Shown: piece by piece, positions 42,079 through 51,400 of the stretch
Position numbering within the stretch: the stretch's first letter is position 1
Layout of the letters: every line of letters begins with the position of its first letter
Assembly (NCBI GenBank): GCA_000934665.2
Contig: JYFJ02000541.1
Span: 62,001 to 126,000, forward strand
DNA length: 64,000 bases
Reading direction: 5' to 3'
Source: Catajapyx aquilonaris
Lineage: Eukaryota
Made by a program: the position numbers and the translations under genes
Notes under the pieces: generated by a model
What the model was told of the DNA's origin: nothing
The model's input: the letters and a program-made list of their open reading frames with translations, nothing else
The model's database searches: none

Positions 42079-42221
42079 AAAGGAGTAAGGTAGCATATCT
42101 GAAGCTGAAAATAGCCTCCAAGAGAGGCGCACCACCGTCCTCATCACGGCTCGTGAGGTTGAGGGAGGATTGCCTCTCTTGGAGGCTATTTTCAGCTTCA
42201 GATCTGCTGCCTTACTCCTTT
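42079..42221. repeat. Inverted repeat, ~50-bp arms, in PTH2 intron 2
   Basis: AAAGGAGTAAGGTAGCATATCTGAAGCTGAAAATAGCCTCCAAGAGAGGC (42079-42128) pairs with 42172-42221 with two differences. Confidence 0.95.
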
Positions 42222-42286
42222 TCATGACCAGCCCCTGATTTACCAATAGGCAGAAAAGGCAATTGCTTAGGGGTGGGCATAAGCTG

Positions 42287-42289
<3 letters not shown>

Positions 42290-42337
<48 letters not shown>
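42290..42337 (+). repeat. (GA)24 microsatellite in PTH2 intron 2
   Basis: Direct reading of the sequence. Confidence 0.97.
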
Positions 42338-42339
<2 letters not shown>

Positions 42340-42557
42340 AGTGATCTGCCTAAGGGTGGCTGGCAGGGTAATGACTAGGCCTATAAATAATCACAAGTAA
42401 ATTTGGACCCATTCTAGAAAACCAATAGTGTCATTCACTGTATTTATTTAGTCAACCATTAATAACCTAAAATTCACAATTTATTTCAAAACGGATCCAG
42501 TTCACGTGCGACTCTGTGAATCGCGATATGATTGTTGCATTATGTTGCAATATGATA

Positions 42558-43180
42558 CAGTAAAACTATAAGTCGAACTTCCCTACGTCAAAAGTTCTAT
42601 ATAAGTCGAAGAAAATTATGGGCTTGGTTGGTCACAACGTAAAAAATAGGAAATGAACTTCCCTAACTCGAATTTCTATAACTCTCCATAACTCGAAGTG
42701 ATGGCAGGGCCTTACGATGGGATATTGATGCATTTTCAGTCTCCCTAAGTCGAAGTTCTTGTTGGCGAGTATGGAAAATTTGCTCATTTCCCAGCTGAAG
42801 GGTCGAGAGTAGGCCACATGTACAGAAATGCTACTTCCTGATCTCTGTCTACCAGTAATGACTCGTGACCAGACGTACCGAAAGAAGTGTTTGATTAGAT
42901 TGAATCCTTTATTGAGAGTGAGAGCCGATCTAACGTAAGAGTAAGCAAATGTCCCTAATGGAGTTTTTTTTACAACAAAACAACGAGGAACAGTGTAAGT
43001 GTGACAGTGACAGTTATTTTAAAGTTTTGAACACCTTGTGTCGCTGGATAATTATAAAGGTAGGCTTCCTTATAGAGTTCTGTGCTTTAAAAATTCCAAA
43101 TTTTTCTAACTCGAATCTTCTATAACAGGAATTTTTTTTCTGGTCCCATGGAGATTTGACTTATAGAAGTTTAACTCCAG
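42558..43180. mobile_element. Non-autonomous pogo/Tigger-type (Tc1-mariner superfamily) MITE in PTH2 intron 2
   Basis: Left end TA|CAGTAAAACTATAAGTCGAA and right end TTTGACTTATAGAAGTTTAACTCCAG|TA form degenerate TIRs with a TA target. Internal TAAGTCGAA/TAACTCGAA subterminal repeats and a GGTCCC motif near the right end. No transposase ORF. Confidence 0.7.
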
Positions 43181-43222
43181 TATAATATAATAATGACAAT
43201 TTTATAAATGGACTAATTGCAG

Positions 43223-43513
43223 GTGGCCCATGCAGCCCTAGGCATGCACAGGCAGCTTCTTCAGACAGAGGAGCGCTTTGGCGAGCAGCTGTTTTTATGG
43301 GAAGAGCATGGAGAGAAGAAGGTGACAGTGAGAGGGGACAGTGCTCAGCATCTAATAGCTCTGGAGCATGAGGCTGCCCAGCTGGGGCTTCCCACGCAGG
43401 TGGTGCATGATGCAGGGCACACCCAGGTGGCACCTGGTTCGCTCACCGTTCTCTGTGTCTTTGGACATGAGGACCTGGTCAATGAGGTTACCGGGAAGCT
43501 CAAGCTGTTGTGA
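43223..43513 (+). CDS. PTH2: UBA-domain peptidyl-tRNA hydrolase 2, coding exon 3 (terminal)
   Basis: Acceptor CTAATTGCAG. Encodes VAHAALG...WEEHGEKKVTV...VHDAGHTQVAPGSLTVLCVFG...VNEVTGKLKLL*, the canonical PTH2 C-terminal motifs. Total protein is 211 aa. Confidence 0.95.
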   Translation: MAHAALGMHRQLLQTEERFGEQLFLWEEHGEKKVTVRGDSAQHLIALEHEAAQLGLPTQVVHDAGHTQVAPGSLTVLCVFGHEDLVNEVTGKLKLL

Positions 43514-43820
43514 CGGGTCTGCCAATGATGAGGAGAACATTCCAAGTTGGAATTTTTTGTAAATTTTTTAAAAACCATTAATGCCAACAACAGGTTGCAA
43601 TTGAGAAGGCGGTAGCAAGTGTGGTGCTAAATGTGGGGGGAATGCAGTAATGTGAGGGCCTGTTTCTTTTACGATAACACGTCAAATGGTGCTTTGTGTT
43701 ATTTGTTGTGATGAAATGTTTAGCCTGCTAGTATAGACATACATTTGTACTTTTTCTTACTTAACTCTAGCATTTACCACTAGTATGGCTGTATCAAACG
43801 TTATATCTTGTTAGCAGTGT

Positions 43821-43826
43821 AATAAA
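43821..43826 (+). terminator. Probable polyadenylation signal of the PTH2 gene
   Basis: AATAAA about 310 nt after the stop codon, just before the GC-rich CASK 5' region. Confidence 0.55.
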
Positions 43827-43999
43827 AAATGCACAAATCAACAGTGACCTGGAAAGTACCAGAATGGTATTGTTCATTGCAACACTACCTCTGACCTAGT
43901 ATAAAATTGTTTGCCTTGTTTGCTACACAGCGACCTACACAGTAAGGAAGATTTGCTACATTATTGAACAGTTGTAGGGAGGATTTGCATGCCATGCCT

Positions 44000-44560
44000 G
44001 AATATGGATCGGATACAAAATGGCGAGAGAAGCAAACCCTCTCCCATCCAGATGGGCTTGAAAGGCGACTTGGGCTGGTGCTGCCACCTGGCGCCCCACG
44101 CCCGAAAGAGTTGAATCGGGATTGAGCTTGCGTCGAGTGCGGATCTTGGCCTCTGCTGGTCTGTCTCTCGGACTCTCGGTCGGTCGGCGGCTCCGAAGAG
44201 GGGAAGGAAAGGAAGGAAGGCAGAGTGCGGCACAGGACAGGCCCATACGCACGGGAACCAGAGGACGACGGGTAGGCGGGAAGGAAGCACCCGGTGGAGC
44301 ACGCACAGGCCGAACCCAACCCACTGCCCCCGAGAACCATCCGTCCCTCCTCCCTCCCTCCCGTCCCTGCAGGGTTAGGCCAGCCCGCCTCACACTCCAA
44401 CGCCACCCGGTGCCGGCCCCGGGGCCCACACCTGCAGGGAGGCCGGACTCAATTGGTATGGTGGCTGCTGCCTGGCCCTCTGCGGATCATCCCTGGACCA
44501 TGGCTCGGTCTGTCCGCTGCAGCTCTTGACGTACCACCGCGTAGGTCTGGTAGTGCGGGT
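44000..44560 (+). promoter_or_regulatory. GC/CpG-rich putative CASK promoter and 5' UTR exon
   Basis: Sharp rise in GC and CpG. YY1-like CAAAATGGCG near 44016 and CTCF-like TGCTGCCACCTGGCG at 44079-44093. Candidate donors at 44456 (TG|GTATGG) or 44541 (GC|GTAGGT) lie upstream of the acceptor at 44670. Confidence 0.5.
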
Positions 44561-44730
44561 TTGGTTGGTTTGGGTGGTGCGGGTTTGGTGGTGGAGGTTG
44601 GGGGGACGGGGGGGACAGAGAGAGAGAGAGTGCGGGGTGATGCACCTGACTGTGTTGTGTGTATGTGCAGAGTGAGGATTTAGTTTTGGACCAAAGGACC
44701 GGACGGGCAGGACCACTGCTGGATGGAAAC

Positions 44731-44789
44731 ATGGCCGAGGACGAGGTCTTGTTCGACGATGTCTACGAGATGTGCGAAGTCATTGGGAA
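44731..44789 (+). CDS. CASK: CASK (calcium/calmodulin-dependent serine kinase, MAGUK) first coding exon
   Basis: Start context AACATGG. Translates MAEDEVLFDDVYEMCEVIG(K), nearly identical to the CASK N-terminus [20 protein letters not shown]. Phase-2 donor AA|GTGAGT, with an upstream acceptor TGTGCAG ending at 44670. The next exon (GPFSVVRRC...) was not found in the remaining 19 kb. Confidence 0.9.
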
Positions 44790-47213
44790 GTGAGTGTCTC
44801 CCCTGTACTATTCATTTCAGACCATGCACTTTGTTTATTGTGCAGCTGTTTATTTCAGATGGGCAAGAGTTGCCAAGCGGCACATGTGATTGCATTAACA
44901 TGGGTGACGCTAGAGATTAGTTACAGTAGTGGGTGTAAAGCCACGACATTATGATTATAATCACATGAGAGCGTTAATGTTTTTATTAAAATTGCATGTT
45001 TGACCCAGCGCACTGCTGGACCGTTGGTACAAATGCATCATAGTGAGCCATGGAAGACCAGCAAGCTAATTAATGCTGCGTGAGAGACTCTTTGGGAGAT
45101 ACATTTCATCAACTAAGTTGCACTATTTCAAACAATGTTGATGAATTTTCTACATAGAGGTCACCACTCGCCAGATTTAATTACATACCAAATTTTGTGC
45201 CTTACCGTGTTTATTAGTAGGCGTGATTTACTATTTGACCGGGTGGTGTAATGTGGGATTGCTTGCTGGCCCCAATTACCCGGACTTGGGGACCTGAAAG
45301 GGACATAATTTTATTTTCCCAGAGTTTTACACCACGTAGTATCTGTGGTAGCACTACCCCTAACCTAGGCTAATAGTGTAATTTTCCAAACCTATGTATG
45401 CTTTATGGGGCTTCTAATGATCCAATTCTAACTTGATAGCTGGAATGCCTGGCAGGGAAGAATCCCCCCTCCCCCGATAATAAACCATGCTTCAGCCTGG
45501 CTACTGAAAGGTGATTGATAGTGTGTGTAACTAGAAATAATTAATTGCTCACACAACTATGACACATTACAATTTGGGAAACAGAACATACTTTAAAATA
45601 CACCAAGTTTAATCTCTGTTATCGTAATAACAATGGCGTGTTTATAGTAATAAAATGTGGTGTAAATGAGTGGAATTAATTCTGCGCTGCATTTAACACA
45701 ATGAATTATTTGTCACAGAGAATGATCCTGCATCAGTCAACAGTGCAGGAAATTAGAATGACATCAATAGTCCTCAGGTAATGAGGTCTGTGACTAATGT
45801 GAATGGTACTGCAGTACACCACTTGGAAGTACACAAGAGCTTACTTCTCTGTAAACAGATGTGAACTAATTTAAAATGTTTATTCAATAAACTAATGTGA
45901 AACTGCTTTTACTTGAATGTACAGAGTGCCATTGTTACACTTTTGAAGCACAAGTTTTGTGTCATTACTGGTGGCCTTTCAGCAGCCTGACTGAACTCTT
46001 AACAGGAGCACAATGTCAATACACAGGCTGTATTATGATTGCCACACATGTCCACTTGATAATTCTGAAGGTCGTCGTGGCTGGGACCAAGCAAGATGTA
46101 GGGTGCATTACAATAAATTACCCATAAGACTTCTCAAGATCCATAATATTCATAGCTCACTTGCTGAAATATTGCAGGAAAACTTCCCACACCTGCACAT
46201 GCAGTGACCTTGCATGCATTAAGCAACAGTCACGTCAGTTGTTACATGGTAGCGTGTGTGTAATATCTGCACACTGATTGTGTGTGTTCATACATTACAA
46301 CCAGTGGTTATTGGAATGATATTTGGAAATTGTTTATTTTTAGTTATTGTGCATTAAGCTGTTATTTTTGAGTTACCATAATATTAGCTGCTATATAGGC
46401 AGAGAGTGACAGGCACAAAAAAAGGGGGTTGTCAGAAAAAGGAAGAGCTGGTTGAGATTTGCTGCATCTGGCAGTAGAGGGAAATGGCTTCTGTCGGGAA
46501 TGGCCCCCCCTCCTCCCACCCTTTAGGTAGGACAGGGGTCATTTCCCCAGAATGTATAGACCCTGGCCCTCCCCACAGGAGCAATCTTGGAAGGTAAAAG
46601 GAGGGGGTTTGGTCCCTCCCAGCTTGGAGTCTCCATCGACTGACTTGGCTGGACAACCCGGATCACTACCACTAGCCTCATATATATAGCAAAGGGAGGG
46701 TTTTGACAAATCCCAGACTGGGGACACTTTATGGGCGGATTGCATGAGGGATTTGTGCCGCCTTCAGATCCGCAGCCGAAATCACACTCGGGGTTCATAA
46801 TACGCCTAGGATTTTTTTTGCGGGCTGTCCAAAGATGAGACGAAACATGTGCGGGGGTATGAAGGTCACGGGCTTGAGCATGTGCAGATGTGGAGGCACA
46901 AATGGCGAAATATTGCGTCAAGACTTGGCTTGGTGAGAGGCACATTCCAGATTCTTTAAAATACGATTTGTGGTGAGATTTTCTCAAATATCGACTTGGT
47001 CAACGATGTCGATTTTGGATATTTCAGGATCACTTCCGGGATTGATTTTGCAGTGACCCACAATTTCGCAATTTTACATGAAAGTGGAACTCTACCATTT
47101 CTGTAAAACATAAGATAAAAGGAATATTTTAAATGACTCCTAGCACATTCAAATCAATTTCTCAATTGGGGAGTTAAGTATACAAAAAAAACTATAATTA
47201 AAAATATATATTA

Positions 47214-47837
47214 CGGTTGACTCCGGATATAACAGCCTCGGTTAAAACAGACTCGAAAGGCTGGACCTGCCATACTTTCACAAGGCCCTGTGTATTTTTA
47301 CTCCTGATATTACAGACGTTTTCCACCTCACCTCTGCTATAAAAGACAATTTTTTGTCCTCTCGGAGGGAAAATATGCTGTAGTTATGATTCAAATTCCT
47401 TTTCCACGCGCAGGAAGGCAGGAAATAGTGAAAGTGGGTGATTTTCGCATCTGTCACTGATCTGAGCTACTTAAAACCATACTTTTTCTGGTATATTTTT
47501 GCCAACAAGGAGACGACATAATAAAATTACGTTTTTTGGTCCTCCCTAATTTACGGGTGTGCAAATTTTTCGTTTTGTGGATAGTTTCATTAACAAATGC
47601 AGTAGTGTGCATTATAAGCATTTGAAAAGCAGGAAACATGTGTATTCGTTGCAAAATTGGCGATTTGGCTATAACTGTTAGGTCTGTTATAGCCAAATAG
47701 CCAATTGTGCAACGAATACACAAGTTTCCTGCTTTTCAAATACTTACAATGCACACTACTGCATTTATTAATGAAACTATCCACAAAAGTATGTTTTTCC
47801 GCGGTCCCTTGAAGTCTGTTATATCCGGTGTCAACTG
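47214..47837. mobile_element. Non-autonomous pogo/Tigger-type MITE in CASK intron
   Basis: TA|CGGTTGACTCCGGATATAACAG ... CTGTTATATCCGGTGTCAACTG|TA gives 22-bp TIRs with 2 mismatches and a TA duplication. GGTCCC motif near the right end. Contains an internal 216-bp fold-back. Confidence 0.8.
47573..47788. repeat. Fold-back inverted repeat, 103-bp arms, 10-nt loop
   Basis: 47573-47675 is the reverse complement of 47686-47788, with 6 mismatches by manual alignment. Confidence 0.95.
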
Positions 47838-47936
47838 TATTAGGCACAACGTCCACTGAAAATAATTTTTAGTGGAAGTTGTTGCTAACAATAATTATTA
47901 TTAATGTGCGCAGCAGATCCCTCTCCGGTGAGGGGC

Positions 47937-48445
47937 CATTTATGCCGGAGAGAAACCATGCTTCTGACCCAGCTTCTCACCAGCGAGAAGCCCATTTTCC
48001 ATCTAGAAGCCGGAAAATCGATGTCCAAATACGTCTGAACATCAGGCACCTGACAAAATTATGGAGTCCACAGGTGGATATTTCCTTGAAGCAGTTAAAT
48101 ACCCTCGCTTCGAATCCGATTATTTATGACTACTCCAGGCCCCCCCTCTTCTCTAGGCCCAATTTCAATGCTTGGCCCGGAGAGACCCAGAGATTTGTGG
48201 AAAGCCCGAGTGGACCCAGGCGCTCAAACTACTCCCCAATCAAGCCCCCATTATTCCGGCTGCCTTCCAACTCCCTTCCCAAGTTTCTCAAGAGAAGAAG
48301 AAGAATAAGAAAAAAAAAGGTCTGGGAGACTGCTTGGGGTTTTTGGCGGAGAGAAAACTGGGGAGGAGGGTTTTTGGCGGCGAGAAACTTCCAGAGGACA
48401 AAGCGCGGGGCTCAATTTGTCGCACTTCTCTCTCCGGCATAAATG
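47937..48445. mobile_element. Candidate MITE with 17-bp terminal inverted repeats
   Basis: CATTTATGCCGGAGAGA (47937-47953) and its exact reverse complement TCTCTCCGGCATAAATG (48429-48445). No clear target-site duplication. Confidence 0.45.
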
Positions 48446-51400
48446 CGTCAAAAATGAGTGGCGCTGAGGTAAGCCACACAAAAGGACAGCCCTTCCAAAA
48501 CGCCAGGCCAAGGGATATTCGCCATTAAATCCCCAAAACCACGCCTTTTATTGATTTTGACACTGGAGGGGGGGTAGACTGGGCCTGCTATGTGTAGTAA
48601 CACCCGTAGTACTATGAGCCTCTAGCCCTATGCTCCTGGCCTTATGCTGGCCAAGGGCAAATGTGTTGAGGAAGTAAGGGAGATAAGATAGATACCATGG
48701 CAACCGCAAGTGGGGGGACTTCAGTTTAGGGCCAGATAGAGCGCGGTTATGGGGTAGTTATGGAGTGGATCTCGGCACTAGAAGCATATCCAGAGAGGCA
48801 TGAATTATTTGAGGTTGTGTTGTTGGTGGACACCCACTACATACAGGTCTTGAAATATGTAGGATGCTTGGAAAGCACTCGTGAGTGGTGACAACTAAGG
48901 TATTAAGGAAGAATTTTTACCTGTTCGCTAATTATACTGAACTAGCACGGTGATTGACAGGTAAATGAAATCTGCCACAATCGCCGCAGATTAGACATGC
49001 AACATCATTTTTTAAAACTAAAATATCAAAAAATTGCAATTTTCGGAAGTTTACCTAAATCAGCGGCACGTCAGACGTCTGTGTGCCACGTTTCACGATT
49101 ATCAGTACTTTGGAAGTGGGTTAGGTAGCCGTGGCATACATAAATACCAACAAACTTTTTTGCTTTATACCAGAAAAACCCTCTCTTCGCTCACTGGATT
49201 CGCAGGTGGGGAGGGAGCGATGATGTATACCCTCCCGCCGACCGCGAACAAATGAATGGTTCGTCCTCCTACCCACCAGAGGCTCTGCCTTTATCCCCCT
49301 TGCGCCTGCGCAGAATGGATTTTGAAATTCTTTGTTGTATTCTCCTGCTGCTGGTGAGAAGCACTGTCCATGGTTCATCTCCGTCGAGACACTATCACGA
49401 CGACATTATCGCGACGCTATAACACAGTTACAGAGCTCGCCCGATACATTTGATCTGGCCTGATAACTATAATGCGGCGTCATTGCCGGAGTCGATAGAG
49501 CGTAGTTACACGCTAGTTATAGGGTGAATCCGGGCGTGAGGCAGGATTTGTGCTGAAAGTTGGGTCCAAATTGGGACGGAAACAAACAAGCACCTGAGTG
49601 CGACGCGACGCGCTGATAAATAATTACGCGGCAGGGGCTGGCTACAAAATTTGCATTACCTTCATTTGTGACGTTGAAAGGAGTTTGTTCTTTGCTACCG
49701 GCTTTTTTTCGCCCCTGTCAGACTAAGGACAAAAGCCGGTTTTTTTCATATTAAAAGTCTTTTGATCAGGAGATTAAGACAATATAAAGCCGGGAAAAAA
49801 AGGTTCGTTTGTCGACTTTTGTGACCCGTGTTGTAAAATGATTAAAAATGCACATAGCTTTTAAAAAAAGCGGAGTCTTCTTTATCCGACCGTCTTGCTA
49901 GAGAGAGCAAAGAAAAGGACCTTTTTTTTTTTGTCCCGTCCCCTTTTTATGAAAGCTAATTGACATGATAGAGCTTGCTAGACTTTTTTCAAAGCAGTCT
50001 TTCCTGCTATCCATCCTCCCATTTCCGATGTAGCCAAATTAGGCGACGGTAATGTTGTTGTACGTATCAAATGGCGGTATTCAGCAGGGTTCTTTTCATT
50101 TTTTTTTTTTTTAAAAAACATTGCAGTACCGCTGGGTGGGATATACCTGATGCGACTGAGCCAATAGGATCGGGTATCGATTGGTTAGGGGGTGGAAAAT
50201 GTGGAAATGGGCCAATAATTTAGTGGGGGGTGGGTGGCTTTTAAAGTGCAAATACCGCGTTATTTGTCCATTCAGCGTCAGTTGCATATTTGGCAAGTAA
50301 GCGATTAGTATCCTGAATGGTCGGCAACCCACTTTGCTCGACTTTGTGATATTTTCCCGGTACAGTTCGGTGATATATACGTTGTTGTCGTGTTGATGCA
50401 TAGTAAACTAACCGCACCTTCATTTGTATGTACCGGCTGGTAAATTGTGTCGAGTAGAGCGCAACTCCCTTGGCGCTGAGAACGAAATGAAGCGAGGTGA
50501 AAGGGTATGGGGGAGTGGAACCTAGTGAACACACAAGTGTAGAGAGAGAGTAGGTATCGATTAGTATGCGAGATCGTTGGCCAGAGGAGGTACAGAATGA
50601 GGCAGGAGAGATTTGAGCCAGCCATCAAGTGAACATTGGAAAAGTTACCTGGTTGGGAAACACTATGTGGGCGTGTGATGACGTATGTTCGTCAGACCTT
50701 GTCTCAACTATTGATCAACATTGTCGCCTGTCCTACAGGACCCAGGTGTACCCGACTACCCGGTATATTAAACATTTTTTTTTGTAAGAGGTTATTAACA
50801 TAATGGAAGTGTAGGGCGATGTTAAGGTGAGATCAGGTGCCCGGGGCAAGTGGCCCCGGGAGAATAGTGTGATTTCCGCATGTTTCATTTCCTAGAGTGC
50901 GTTATCATTCGTTTGGGGTTGATCCCAGTAGGATTGGTTAGGACGTTTTTACAGGATTTGCCTCGAGCTCGTTGCGGCTGCTTTACAGGTAGAAGGATTT
51001 ATGTAATTAGCGGGTGGAAGCTCTCATTTTGGGGACGGTGACCTGCATTATGCGACGTTGTACCTTTTTGTAGTGAAGTACTGGACAGATTTGCTTTTAG
51101 GAGCGGTTTTGGTGTGGTGCAACATTGTTCAGTTGGTAAGACACACTGTGTGCCATATTATAGGTCAAGTATTGACCTATTTTTGATGCCAGTTTACAGT
51201 AATTAATACAGTAATGGTGGTCATTAATTAACGTTGAATCATACTGTGGAACGTTTTTAAACACTGCGTTTTTGGCAAGTGTTTCGGTGGAACAATTTTT
51301 AAAATTCCGGATGCAGGCTACATGCATATGCAGTTCATTTGTTCATGTGCCACTGGTTGCATTAATGAATGCGTGAATAACACTCCCTAATGAAAATCAG

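Noticed and set aside
43511..43528. TGA-CGG stop context of PTH2 (read-through-prone)
   Set aside because: Read-through would add only ~5 residues before the next TGA, and LKLL* is the normal PTH2 terminus.
43885..44732. Several overlapping long ORFs on both strands
   Set aside because: They result from the GC-rich, stop-poor CASK promoter/5' UTR, and the low-complexity products have no domain.
46430..46708. TGTCA...TGACA-bounded segment resembling a solo LTR
   Set aside because: No target-site duplication, PBS or PPT is visible, and the ends could be chance.
50268..50285. CCATTCAGCGTC (PFSV) as candidate CASK exon 2
   Set aside because: It lacks the preceding G and the following VRRC, and there is no suitable acceptor in phase.
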